Positions 26,616-36,449 of a stretch of DNA of 53,141 nt are shown one piece after another. A model generated the notes under the pieces. That model saw nothing but the letters and a program-made list of their open reading frames with translations, did no database searches and had not been told where the DNA came from. This DNA comes from an uncultured euryarchaeote (GTDB lineage: Archaea; Thermoplasmatota; Poseidoniia; Poseidoniales; Poseidoniaceae). Location: positions 1-53,141 of the forward strand of contig CALBRH010000028.1 of assembly GCA_937899865.1 (NCBI GenBank), written 5' to 3'. A program made the translations under genes and the position numbers. The first letter of the stretch is position 1; every line of letters begins with the position of its first letter.

Positions 26616-28925
26616 TTATCTAACCATTACTTTTGCTTCACACTCATCGAGTCTGGTTTTAGCAACAAGATGATCTGGGTCAAGTTGTAGAACTGCTCGC
26701 CATGCTGATTCTGCTGCATCAAAGTGTTCTGCTTCATGATACATTGCGGCAATGTGTAATCTTGAATCAAGGTGTTGTGGGTCGGCTTTTACTGCAGCCT
26801 CAAAGTCACTCATAGCGTTATCATTACGGCCCCATTCAAGGTAAAGCAATCCTCTTTGGTGCCATGCTGGAGCATGTTCGGGTGCGATTCTAAGCGCTTC
26901 GTTAAGCGGAGTTTCTGCCCTTTCTGGACGGTCCAATGCAATGAAACATGCCGCTAATTGGGTTAGTGCTTGGTGGTGGTGAGGTGCTTTTTCAAGTACA
27001 ATATCAAGGTCATCTCTTGCTTGAGCCCACTCTCCTAACATCATTTCAGCCTCAGCCTTACGGAATCTTGCTAAGGTAAAATTAGGAGCTAAATCAAGTA
27101 GAATCTCTGCATCGTCAAGTGCTTTCCTGCCCTCATCCATAGCCATGTAAATACTGCATCTGTTGAGTCTAGCACGAATATGACTATTATCAGATTTCAA
27201 TGTCTTGCCATAATATTCCAAAGCACGTTCAAGGTGTCCTGATCTGGCCTCAATATTGCCACGAACATAGGTGATTACTGAGCTATCACCATGAATATCT
27301 GCAACATCGATTAGGTTGGCAGCAGCAGTAATATCTCCTTGGTCAAGTGCGAGTAATGCTGCTTCGGCTGCTGCTGAGGAGTCGTCTTCTGGCAACAACC
27401 TTCTTGCTCTTGTAAGTGCTTCTTCGGCTGCATCCAAATTACGTAATAATCGTTGAGTGCGAGCAAGACCAAGCCAAGCAACACCAAGTTCTCGATTGAG
27501 TTTCAGTGCTCCTTCAAAGGCCGCGATTGCTACTGAGAGAAGAGTTGCATCGGTTTCACCTGTACCATCTCTAGTCTTGTCTGCATTAACAAGATGTAAG
27601 CGTCCCTCGACAACATGTAATAATGCGTGGTCAATTCCAACTGGAGTTTTATCAAGTAAATTCTGAGCCTCATCTGGTCGGCCATCAAGCAAATATCGAG
27701 TAGCAATTTTCGCTCGTAATTCCCCATTCATCATATCTTTATCAAGTGCTTTAGTTAGAGATTCTTCGGCTGCTGTAGCTTGGCCATCTGCCAATAATAG
27801 GTCCGCCTTTAACAATACTAACTCAACACCACCAGCATCTAAAGCCACAGCGTGAATTGCTGCTTTTAGTGCTTCTTTCAGACGGTTTTGTTTAGGGGCC
27901 AGAATTGTAGCACACAAAGCCCATGCGCCTCCACTTTGACGATCTAATTCTAGACACTTATCAACTGCGTCAAGCGCTTTACTTGCCTCGCCTTCTTGGT
28001 ATAGTAATGTTGCATAAGATAGCCAATCCTTAGCTTGACTCGGGTCTTCTGCTAAGGCTTGTTCTATCGCTTCTAATGCTTCGGAATGAGAGCCTGCACG
28101 AGCTCTTAGCCCAGATAATAATGACCGGTCAGCAGGTGTATCAAGACCAAGTGCTTCTAATCTCAAAACATCTCTTTCCGCTTCCATATCGCCCATCTTA
28201 GCGAGTAAGTGAGCATGGGCTCGTAATAATTCTGGATTATCTGGGTTTACTGTCATCCTTGCTTCTAACCAATGTCTTCTAAGCGGTTCATCACCACGTT
28301 CAATCGCAATAAATTCCAATGCTTCCAAAACATTAGCATTACCTGGTGAAGAAGCATAAGCGATACCGAAGCATGTTTCTGCCCAATCATATCGACGTAG
28401 ACTCATAGTAGCGTGCCCAAGTTTATGTGCCGATACTGGCTTTAGACCTAGGCTTTTAACATCCATTTGGTGTACATCAAAAATTTCGATTAAACGCATT
28501 ACCATGTTTGAACTGGTTTGAGTCAACAGACTTGTTGCTCCAACTTCACTCTCTACTGAAATCGGTGAAACCAATGTTTCAAGCGCGGTAAGTGCATTAC
28601 CAAATAACTCCAAGTCGCCAATTGATTCCCCTGATTGGCTAATTTGTTCTAATTGGGTAATTATGCTATATGCCTTTAGCGCACCATCTAATTCTGGATT
28701 GGTCGCTCTTAATGCATCTACCATGCCATTTAGTGTCACTAATCGAGCATTTGCATCGGCAACTTGGTTATTCAAATGTACAAAATGAGCACTTTGTGAT
28801 TCTTGTAAAACAATGTTAAAATCGTTTAATTTTTGCATCTTTTCGTGGTTCTGTTTCAACCAGTATCCAACGCCCCCACCTGCTCCTAAACAGGCAATCC
28901 CAAACAAGGCTGTAATTGGTTCCAT
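26616..28925 (-). CDS. Membrane-anchored tetratricopeptide-repeat protein
   Basis: N-terminal hydrophobic anchor, short coiled coil and more than 10 TPR-like units (e.g. AWHQRGLLYLEWG..AMSDFEAAVKADP). Confidence 0.88.
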   Translation of the reverse strand: MEPITALFGIACLGAGGGVGYWLKQNHEKMQKLNDFNIVLQESQSAHFVHLNNQVADANARLVTLNGMVDALRATNPELDGALKAYSIITQLEQISQSGESIGDLELFGNALTALETLVSPISVESEVGATSLLTQTSSNMVMRLIEIFDVHQMDVKSLGLKPVSAHKLGHATMSLRRYDWAETCFGIAYASSPGNANVLEALEFIAIERGDEPLRRHWLEARMTVNPDNPELLRAHAHLLAKMGDMEAERDVLRLEALGLDTPADRSLLSGLRARAGSHSEALEAIEQALAEDPSQAKDWLSYATLLYQEGEASKALDAVDKCLELDRQSGGAWALCATILAPKQNRLKEALKAAIHAVALDAGGVELVLLKADLLLADGQATAAEESLTKALDKDMMNGELRAKIATRYLLDGRPDEAQNLLDKTPVGIDHALLHVVEGRLHLVNADKTRDGTGETDATLLSVAIAAFEGALKLNRELGVAWLGLARTQRLLRNLDAAEEALTRARRLLPEDDSSAAAEAALLALDQGDITAAANLIDVADIHGDSSVITYVRGNIEARSGHLERALEYYGKTLKSDNSHIRARLNRCSIYMAMDEGRKALDDAEILLDLAPNFTLARFRKAEAEMMLGEWAQARDDLDIVLEKAPHHHQALTQLAACFIALDRPERAETPLNEALRIAPEHAPAWHQRGLLYLEWGRNDNAMSDFEAAVKADPQHLDSRLHIAAMYHEAEHFDAAESAWRAVLQLDPDHLVAKTRLDECEAKVMVR

Positions 28926-29104
28926 GCGAATCGAGTTTAGTTTGCCCCTTTATGCTCTCCGGCTGTAAGTTAGTGTAATAATGGCTTTTTTGACCCTTCG
29001 AAAAAAAGCCGAATCACAATTTTGCATTGAAAATACCTCAATAATACAAGTTAGAAGACTCACATTGAAAGACTATCATCTATCACACGGGATTAGGTCA
29101 AGTC

Positions 29105-31840
29105 ATGTCAGAGGAAATTATCGCCGAAACCGACACTGATTGGTTCGATAATCATCTAAGAGATTGGGCAGATAGCGGCTGGGAGGTAGAAGAGATTGAG
29201 AAGTACTTAGTCAATAACTCTGCTACTGCTACTGAAGCTTTGATGCGTGTAGAATATTTGATCGGTGCCTGTAAACAATTATCCTCAAGAATGAGCCACA
29301 AATGGTTGGAACGAATTGATATCTCTGGTGGTTTATTTGATGAATGGATTGAGGCACTTAATAATCCAATGAATTATGAGGAAATTGTCGAGCGTTACAA
29401 TGAATGGGCAAGGCAATATCGGCGTTGGGAATTAATCTTAGACAAATGTAGAAGAGACTGGGAAGCAGTCATGCTTAGTGAAGAAAGATTGTTGATTCTT
29501 GCTCGCTGTGATGCTCTTGATGATTCTTCTAAACCGCGCATAAATCTATTGATTCCGATGATGGAGGACCCTAATTCCTTTGCTACACTTGATAGTTTGC
29601 TAAGTGAGATTGAAGAAAACGAGGCTCGTCAAAAACGTGCTGTTTACGCCGCCATTGAATCCCTACGAAGTGATGGATATGATGTAGAATACATAGCAGA
29701 CATGAATCTTGTTGAGGCTTTACAAGAAATTGGTCATCGACAAAAAATCCATAACTTACATGAAATTATCAGGTTACAAATCATTGATGAGATCGCTGAA
29801 TTTGATGACCAATTAGCAGAGAAATATGAGGCCCAACGTAAAACAATGCTGAATAATGATTCTGAACTTTCTCTAACCGATTTATCCGAACAAGTCTCTG
29901 CTATGGGCCTTGACCTCAAAAAACGGCTATCAAAAATAAATCTACAAATCGCAGATTGGATCGATTCTGGCATAGTTTTCTCGACCACCAACATTGCTGC
30001 TAAAGATTTGTTTGAATGGGAAACCAATCTACCTGAATTAACAAGTGAAGTGAATGCTCATTTGGCATTAATCAGCCGATATAATTACTATAATGAGCGA
30101 ATGAATGATGCTAAACCTGCACAACAATATATTGGATATCTTGACCAAACGGACACGCTTGCCGAAATTGTTGATGAGTTGGAATTGCGCTGGAAAGATG
30201 CTGAATTAGAATGTTATTCAATAATTGAGAAATATCAAAATCTTGGTTTGGTAATGGATGATTGGAGTACACGAATTGACGTTGACCCACTAAACAGTCT
30301 AACACTGATTAAAATCAGTGAAAATGATTGGCAAAATCGTTTGAATTGTATTGACCAGTTACTAGAAATTGATGTTTCCTTTGACGGGAAAACCGAGGTT
30401 GAAAAAAGAATAGATCTACTGCGTGAAGTAGAGGCTGGCCCCGAGGTTATCGAAGATACCATTTCAATGATTGAACGTATGGTTACACGGCGTGCTAGAC
30501 ATCGAATGTTATTGGAAAAAGATTTGATGCAATTAATTGCTGCTGGAAAAGCATCTGAAGATACTGCTTCAAGCACCTTTAGTTTAGCTGAATTCGAAGG
30601 TTTTGTTGCACAAGCACGTAAACATGGTTCAAGTAACAATGCCAGCATCACTGGTAACTCGATTATCGGCGGCAGAATTGGCGAGAGAATTAAAGAAAAA
30701 ATAAGCCATGAATTGAATTTGTTAGAATCTGCAGGTTGGTATATCAACGAATTAAATGCCATGTTTGAAGATGACCCTTTGCGGGTTGCAAGATTGCTAT
30801 CGAATATTAGATCGCAGATGAATGAACATGATGCTTTGCGAAGAAGGCTGTCGGCTATGCCATGGAATCGCAATGTTACACTCGCATTAGAAATTCAGGA
30901 AGAAATGCGAAATCCATTGAAACTCGCTGAAATAAATGAGCAAATCCCTACCATGATGAAAGATCTTGCGCAAATGCCAATTGAAGATGAAGAATTTGTG
31001 TTCTCACCTTGGAGTCCTAATCCAATTCGAAAAACTCTGTTGCCAGTTCCGGAACAAGTTTTAGAGCCTGTCGATGCGCTTGGAGATGCTCATGAGGCAA
31101 TGCTTGAAGCAATGGAACCTGAAGAACAGATTCGCGAAGATGGAATGACGGACAACGAATTTTGGGAAGATGAAAAATGGTCTGCCACGCGTTGGCGTTG
31201 GTGGCGAGAACGTGAAGCACGGGCACTGGCAAAGCAAACTGAAAAAGCGGCAGACGCTAACATGGAGCCCGCTTTAGAGGATGTTGAAACGGAACCGTTA
31301 CAACAAAAACCGTCAAAGAGCATTGAAGTAAGTGATTCTGCAAATATCGAACATCTGCACATCATGATGAAAAAACTAGGATTGAGTAATGAATACAGCC
31401 AAGATGGCGGTGTTGCAAACCAAATTTCAGAAATCCGTCGCTGCTTGGCGAAAAATGTTGGAAAAGAGCCCCGTGATATTAGAGTTGACCGATTGTTAAG
31501 ATTGATTCTAAGATTGCTCCCTCAGTCCAATGAACAAGATGGAAGGCGTAAGGTGTTGATTATGAAATTAGCAACTGGATTGAAGCGTTATCAAAATTGG
31601 ATAAAACGACGCTTAGAAGCCCGTCATAAAGCTGGAAAAGATAACCTAATTCTTGATTCTGAAACTCTTGGTAATGCTTTGCAAAGAATTCCGGGGCCTG
31701 GATTCAAAGTTCCTTTAGAAAAAGACGAAAAAGTATTACCTGGATTTGATGAAATTGAAGAGTTGTCTGCTGAGGTAGAAATCCTACTCAGTACATTGAA
31801 CCTTGACAGTGCAAGTGGTGTTGTGGTATCCGCACAATGA
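29105..31840 (+). CDS. Large acidic helical/coiled-coil hypothetical protein
   Basis: 911-aa E/L/I-rich ORF with no TM or enzyme motif; recurring [WLY]xxxG[WYIL] motif. Confidence 0.75.
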   Translation: MSEEIIAETDTDWFDNHLRDWADSGWEVEEIEKYLVNNSATATEALMRVEYLIGACKQLSSRMSHKWLERIDISGGLFDEWIEALNNPMNYEEIVERYNEWARQYRRWELILDKCRRDWEAVMLSEERLLILARCDALDDSSKPRINLLIPMMEDPNSFATLDSLLSEIEENEARQKRAVYAAIESLRSDGYDVEYIADMNLVEALQEIGHRQKIHNLHEIIRLQIIDEIAEFDDQLAEKYEAQRKTMLNNDSELSLTDLSEQVSAMGLDLKKRLSKINLQIADWIDSGIVFSTTNIAAKDLFEWETNLPELTSEVNAHLALISRYNYYNERMNDAKPAQQYIGYLDQTDTLAEIVDELELRWKDAELECYSIIEKYQNLGLVMDDWSTRIDVDPLNSLTLIKISENDWQNRLNCIDQLLEIDVSFDGKTEVEKRIDLLREVEAGPEVIEDTISMIERMVTRRARHRMLLEKDLMQLIAAGKASEDTASSTFSLAEFEGFVAQARKHGSSNNASITGNSIIGGRIGERIKEKISHELNLLESAGWYINELNAMFEDDPLRVARLLSNIRSQMNEHDALRRRLSAMPWNRNVTLALEIQEEMRNPLKLAEINEQIPTMMKDLAQMPIEDEEFVFSPWSPNPIRKTLLPVPEQVLEPVDALGDAHEAMLEAMEPEEQIREDGMTDNEFWEDEKWSATRWRWWREREARALAKQTEKAADANMEPALEDVETEPLQQKPSKSIEVSDSANIEHLHIMMKKLGLSNEYSQDGGVANQISEIRRCLAKNVGKEPRDIRVDRLLRLILRLLPQSNEQDGRRKVLIMKLATGLKRYQNWIKRRLEARHKAGKDNLILDSETLGNALQRIPGPGFKVPLEKDEKVLPGFDEIEELSAEVEILLSTLNLDSASGVVVSAQ

Positions 31841-33082
31841 TTATTTTAATTCTTCAAGCAACTCATTCTTTTCGTCTGCAGATAGAGATTCTTCTATCGG
31901 TGCTGCTGTAACTGAGATTTCAGGTGCATCTGGTAATGGTGCATCAAGTGGTATCTCGCCTCTATCTAACCCTAATGGAGGTGGAGGGGACATCATTGAG
32001 CCTGGAGGTAATGGTGGAGGAAGAGTTGCTGGCGGTAACGGTGGTGGCGGTGGTGGCCCGGCTGGAGATGGGGGTGGAGGTGCTGATAATGGCGGCCCTA
32101 GTGAAGGTATTTTCGTGGGCGGCGGTGGTGCTGATGTAGGTGGTCCAGGAATCTCTTCTGGCTGCACTGGGGGTGGAGGGGGCGCTGATGTAGGTGGCCC
32201 AGGGATCTCTTCTGTCTGCACTGTTGGGGGTTCTGGCGTTAATGATTCTGATGTCGGAGTGGTTGGTTGTTCTAATTGTGGTACTTGATTGGGTAATTGA
32301 TTTTCCATCGTAATTGGTGGAATTTGAGGCGGGGGTGGTGCAGGAATCGCTAATGATTCATGGAGATTAACAATAGATTCTGTGTCAAACTCTCCGGTAT
32401 CCATATACTTGGCAATGGTAGGGCCTATCAACGCCATACTAGCTCTAAACATTGGCCTATTTGAGCCATAGCCGGTAAACACAACCTTGTGCTTTGAGCC
32501 ACTTGTTGAAAATTCTAACGTATGCACCTCGAGATGCATGTAAACCCAACCAATTATTCCTACTGCCAATAAAATCTGACCAAAGAACCCAATAAATGGA
32601 ATGAATGAACTGGCAATAAGACCGATAAGGAATGATGAAACCCACATCCATTGATGTTTATGCATCAACTCGTTATGATTGTGAGAAAACCCTGTCAACT
32701 CATTCTTCAATACTGCCTTAACATTCAATCTACGTTTTCCATCATCATCATATGTCGCTTCAATAACTCGAATCAAGTTATCACTAACAATCAATGAGGT
32801 GTTTTTCCTTCCATTTGGTGACTCATTGAGTGGAAATTCGGCTACTTCTTCACCCGACATCGATAAAATAGGTGCAACTCTTACTGGCAGAGTCCATTGA
32901 TTAGAGATATTTTCTTGGCTTTCAATATCACTTGATGAGTGAGTATCTTCTTCAGTCACATCAGTTAATTCTTGTTCAGTATCAGTTTCTACGGACTCAT
33001 CTTGTGCCTCTTCTTCAGAGGATGAAGTTGGCGCAAAAGGATCTTCGTCGTCGTCTGGCCACTCTGCTGGCTCGTCGCTCAT
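31841..33082 (-). CDS. Hypothetical membrane protein with acidic N-terminus and polyproline C-terminal tail
   Basis: Two TM segments around aa 145-185; long P-rich tail with internal repeats. Confidence 0.75.
   Translation of the reverse strand: MSDEPAEWPDDDEDPFAPTSSSEEEAQDESVETDTEQELTDVTEEDTHSSSDIESQENISNQWTLPVRVAPILSMSGEEVAEFPLNESPNGRKNTSLIVSDNLIRVIEATYDDDGKRRLNVKAVLKNELTGFSHNHNELMHKHQWMWVSSFLIGLIASSFIPFIGFFGQILLAVGIIGWVYMHLEVHTLEFSTSGSKHKVVFTGYGSNRPMFRASMALIGPTIAKYMDTGEFDTESIVNLHESLAIPAPPPPQIPPITMENQLPNQVPQLEQPTTPTSESLTPEPPTVQTEEIPGPPTSAPPPPPVQPEEIPGPPTSAPPPPTKIPSLGPPLSAPPPPSPAGPPPPPPLPPATLPPPLPPGSMMSPPPPLGLDRGEIPLDAPLPDAPEISVTAAPIEESLSADEKNELLEELK
32116..32225 (-). repeat. Tandem ~57-nt repeat encoding VQ(T/P)EEIPGPPTSAPPPP twice
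   Basis: GCTGATGTAGGTGG(T/C)CCAGG(A/G)ATCTCTTCTG(G/T)CTGCACTG occurs twice, about 57 nt apart. Confidence 0.85.
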
Positions 33083-33132
33083 ATTAATGGCAGAACTGAA
33101 TCAATTCATTATATGCTCGTTGAAATTGTGTT

Positions 33133-34374
33133 TCAGCGGTGGACTTCAGTAAGCCAAGACTTTACGTCGTCTCGCTCCCCGTAACCTTTACCTTGTTTAG
33201 TACCAATAACGGTCTCTATAGCCGCTTCTGAAGCGATATCGAGAGTCTTGTCGCTAATGCTGCCATTGTAAATTATGGCAATTGCTCCATCGGCCTCATT
33301 AGCAGTTGAAGCTAAATCCTTAGGGCCGACTGGTTCAGTAACTGTTCCATCCATCATAACGAAAACTGCTTTTCTTGGAGCGAGTTCATCGAGATGTGAA
33401 AATAATTCTTCAACCTCTTTTGGTACTGAAGGTTTCTCGAATGTATCATCCATGTCTTCAGCCCAATTCTTATCCTCGACACCGGCTTTTTTATCATCTT
33501 TTTCTTGCTTTTGCTTAATTTGATGAGCAAATTTTGCTGCTTCAACCTTCATTGACAGGCACTTGGTCACTGTCTTCTGTGGAAGAAGTTCCCATTCCTG
33601 GCCTACAGGTGCTTGAGCAACAAAGTCTACCTTCATCATTTCATTTAACTGACTAAACAACATCTCGCCACCGCGGTCACCGTCAATTGCTAGTACTACG
33701 GTTTCTTTACCATTGGCTAAATCAATTAATTCCTGCTTAATTGAGCCTGCTCCATCAGCTGATATTGCATTTTTAACACCGCAATTTAACAAATTTCTAA
33801 CATCATTTCTTCCTTCAACAACTATTAGTGAAGAGGATGTTTCAATATTAGGCCCACAGGTTAGACCGTGGAATTGTTTTGCAGTGCCTACTGTTAAGAC
33901 CGAACGAACTTCTTCTATTACGGTCTTTGATGCTGCTTCACCTGAGTTGACCAAATCAAGAAGTAGTTCCTTGGCTCTGTCAACAACAACTGTTCGCTTG
34001 GTTGCTCGAATATCTTGTATTTCGATTACCGATATCTTGGCAGTACAAGGGCCAATTCGATCGATGGTTTCTAATGATGATGCGATAATAGCAGTTTCAA
34101 CATTGTCTAGACTGCTTGGGATTAGAATCAAGCCATGGACCTTGCCACCCTTGTTTTCCATCTCAACATCAACATGGCCAATCCTTGCAGTTCTCTGCAA
34201 TTTTCTAAGTTCTAACTCGTCTCCAAGTAGCCCTTCTGTTTGGCCCATTATTGCACCGATGATATCCTTTCTTTGCACGGTTCCGTTGACTTTAATGTCA
34301 GCACGAACCATGTATTTCATTGCTTTATTTCCTTTCGAGTTGTTGCCACCTCGATTATTATGTTTCTTTGACAT
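33133..34374 (-). CDS. dnaG: Archaeal DnaG (primase-like, exosome-associated)
   Basis: KYMVRADIKVNGTVQRKDIIGAIMGQTEGLLGDELELRKLQRTARIG, LETIDRIGPC, and TOPRIM motifs IVVEGRNDV and DGDRGG. Confidence 0.96.
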   Translation of the reverse strand: MSKKHNNRGGNNSKGNKAMKYMVRADIKVNGTVQRKDIIGAIMGQTEGLLGDELELRKLQRTARIGHVDVEMENKGGKVHGLILIPSSLDNVETAIIASSLETIDRIGPCTAKISVIEIQDIRATKRTVVVDRAKELLLDLVNSGEAASKTVIEEVRSVLTVGTAKQFHGLTCGPNIETSSSLIVVEGRNDVRNLLNCGVKNAISADGAGSIKQELIDLANGKETVVLAIDGDRGGEMLFSQLNEMMKVDFVAQAPVGQEWELLPQKTVTKCLSMKVEAAKFAHQIKQKQEKDDKKAGVEDKNWAEDMDDTFEKPSVPKEVEELFSHLDELAPRKAVFVMMDGTVTEPVGPKDLASTANEADGAIAIIYNGSISDKTLDIASEAAIETVIGTKQGKGYGERDDVKSWLTEVHR

Positions 34375-34503
34375 ATGAATTCCTCATAGTCCACAGACCC
34401 CTCAAAGTGGTGGAGGGAAAGCCCTCGAGACCAAAACTTCGACCTAGGGCCGAAGCATGAATGGAATGTGAACAAACAGTCGTGATGGCCCATCATTATT
34501 GAA
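34375..34503 (-). promoter_or_regulatory. dnaG promoter with a putative structured 5' leader
   Basis: TATA-like TTCAATAA (34503-34496), inverted repeat 34483-34495, hairpins 34437-34455 and 34413-34426, SD-like GAGG at 34383-34386. Confidence 0.45.
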
Positions 34504-34575
34504 TGCTCTTGTCAAAAAATCACTATTTTATAGATTTTTAAATAGCAACTAATTCAATAATAGTAAGTGCATGGG

Positions 34576-35070
34576 ATGTTTGTGTCCGAACCCATCTCGT
34601 ACAGTCTAGAGGCTTTTCACAGCACGATTTCTGTGATGTTAGTCGATAAGATTTTGACTAGAGAAGAAAAGCGACTGATTATCAAATTAGCTAGTGCTCT
34701 GGGCTTAAGTGAAGATGAGCCGTCACAAGTTTATCAAGCGATAAGAAACGGTGAAGAAACCAAAGGGGGCTCGCCGATTGATGGAGAATTGGCCCATGAA
34801 ATTTACACCAAGGTATTTGAGATTGCAATTGTCAATGCTTCATTATCTAGAGACGAGTTTCGTGTCTTAGCCCATCTAAGAGATATCTTCCAAATTGATG
34901 ACAAAGAGCATCAAAGAATTGAAGAAGAACTTAGAGAGATTGTCAAAGAAAAATTCGAAGACCCAAATGTCATCGACAAGATGCTAGGTACGTTAAGAGA
35001 TTCCGTCAGCCTAGTTGGTGATTTGTTTGATGTTGTTCGTAAGAAGGCAGCAGATGGGGCCAAAAAATGA
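34576..35070 (+). CDS. Hypothetical protein, TerB-like helical fold suspected
   Basis: Twice-repeated pattern: VDKILTREEKRLIIKLASALGL and VNASLSRDEFRVLAHLRDIFQI. Start uncertain (34567 or 34576). Confidence 0.6.
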   Translation: MFVSEPISYSLEAFHSTISVMLVDKILTREEKRLIIKLASALGLSEDEPSQVYQAIRNGEETKGGSPIDGELAHEIYTKVFEIAIVNASLSRDEFRVLAHLRDIFQIDDKEHQRIEEELREIVKEKFEDPNVIDKMLGTLRDSVSLVGDLFDVVRKKAADGAKK

Positions 35071-35693
35071 ATGTCAAGCTTGACCAATTTCTTGAGCAAT
35101 CAACTCCTAAAGTGCTCAAATCTAATCGGCGATGTTTAAAATTCCTAAAACAGGCCTATACAGCAGGTAATCCTGGTATGATTACTCGCCCACGAGCAGA
35201 TATTACTGCAGACCATGGGGGGTTTTCAGCTCATTATGGGTGTCCAGATCCGGAGATGCGAACTATTGCTTCATGGCTACTAACTTATGGAAAAGAAAAA
35301 CCACGAAGGTTAGCCAAGTTAATTCCTGCATTATGGCGGAGACACAGTAGAGAAGACCTAAAATTAGCTGGCCTATTATTATCTAATTTATCAAAAGAAG
35401 AATTGGGTGAAGACCCTTGGATGGCTCTTATTCATTTATTTGGTAGTCAAGAGCCGATGGAAATTATTCTTGAAATCGCCGAAGAAATGAGTCGTAGTGG
35501 CCACCCTGTGCCTGACGATGAGTGGTTGATAGCAATGGCTCAACAAAGCCCTTTGTGGCACCAGGTTGCAATGTTATTTGTTTCTGTTAGAGGGGGAGAT
35601 TTTGAGCAATTGCGCGATTTAATTGTTTCAGCGCCGGGTGGCGGGGAATTGTTTGAAAGAATCAGAAACAAACTCCTACAACAGGATAATTGA
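35067..35693 (+). CDS. Hypothetical helical-repeat protein, possibly AlkD-like
   Basis: YGCPDPEMRTIA and LWRRHSREDLKLA resemble the DNA-alkylation-repair HEAT family. ATGA overlap with the upstream gene. Confidence 0.5.
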   Translation: MNVKLDQFLEQSTPKVLKSNRRCLKFLKQAYTAGNPGMITRPRADITADHGGFSAHYGCPDPEMRTIASWLLTYGKEKPRRLAKLIPALWRRHSREDLKLAGLLLSNLSKEELGEDPWMALIHLFGSQEPMEIILEIAEEMSRSGHPVPDDEWLIAMAQQSPLWHQVAMLFVSVRGGDFEQLRDLIVSAPGGGELFERIRNKLLQQDN

Positions 35694-35718
35694 TGCACTT
35701 GGAATAGATAGCATCTCT

Positions 35719-35928
35719 ATGGCTGAGAGGTTTTTACCGACTGAAGACCCGGTGATGGAATCGGTTCTTCAATGGACTGTCGAACGAGATGCCAAGGATG
35801 TTAGGAGACTGTTGGAATGGTTGCCTGAGGCACGATCTAGCAGGGAGAGAAAAGCGCTTATGGAGAGGGTTAGAAGCCTATTGGAAGAATTGGAAGACGC
35901 CATGAACAAATTAGATGAATTACACTAA
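35719..35928 (+). CDS. Small helical hypothetical protein (69 aa)
   Basis: MAERFLPTEDPVMESVLQW...; ATG 35719 follows the upstream stop, and its stop overlaps the next start. Confidence 0.7.
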   Translation: MAERFLPTEDPVMESVLQWTVERDAKDVRRLLEWLPEARSSRERKALMERVRSLLEELEDAMNKLDELH

Positions 35929-36449
35929 TGATTAACATGACAACCGTGCTTATTTTTGCTGGGGGCAGCAGTTCCCGGATGGGGCAAGATAAATCGACAA
36001 TGTATGGCGGTGTTAGTCGAATTCGCCAAGAGTGTCTAAAGGCAAATATTTCTCGGATTATTACTCTGTGTGGTAGTGAAATTAGACACTCTATGTTTGA
36101 GGGAGAAGTTTGGCCTGATCCTAAAGAATGTAATAGTCTGATGGATTTGATTCTCTGGTCTATTAGCCAAATCGACGATGAGGTTTTATTGATACCATGT
36201 GATGCATTTAACTTAACTGTAAAGGGGATTACTGAATTGTCAAAACAACAAAATTGTTTACCTCTTGATGAACAAGGAAATCGTCAACCATTGCTTGCTA
36301 AAATTAGTGATTCAGCCATGCTTGAAAGGAACGCTATAACGCTAAACGAGTTATTCGCTAACTTTCCAACATATAGCAATCAAGATTTGGCGAGTCAATT
36401 CAACAATTTCAACCAAAATTCAGACTTGAAAAATCTCCACTCGCAATAG
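35928..36449 (+). CDS. MobA-like NTP-transferase domain protein
   Basis: LIFAGGSSSRMGQDK, LLIPCDA and QPLLA motifs; short (173 aa). Confidence 0.75.
   Translation: MINMTTVLIFAGGSSSRMGQDKSTMYGGVSRIRQECLKANISRIITLCGSEIRHSMFEGEVWPDPKECNSLMDLILWSISQIDDEVLLIPCDAFNLTVKGITELSKQQNCLPLDEQGNRQPLLAKISDSAMLERNAITLNELFANFPTYSNQDLASQFNNFNQNSDLKNLHSQ

Noticed and set aside
31803-32288. Gly-rich 161-aa + strand ORF
   Set aside because: Mirror of the polyproline tail on the - strand.
33713-34378. 221-aa + strand ORF
   Set aside because: Antisense shadow of dnaG.
34317-34496. 59-codon upstream ORF overlapping the dnaG start in another frame
   Set aside because: Its ATG overlaps the putative TATA box, it has no SD, and it has no recognisable protein features.
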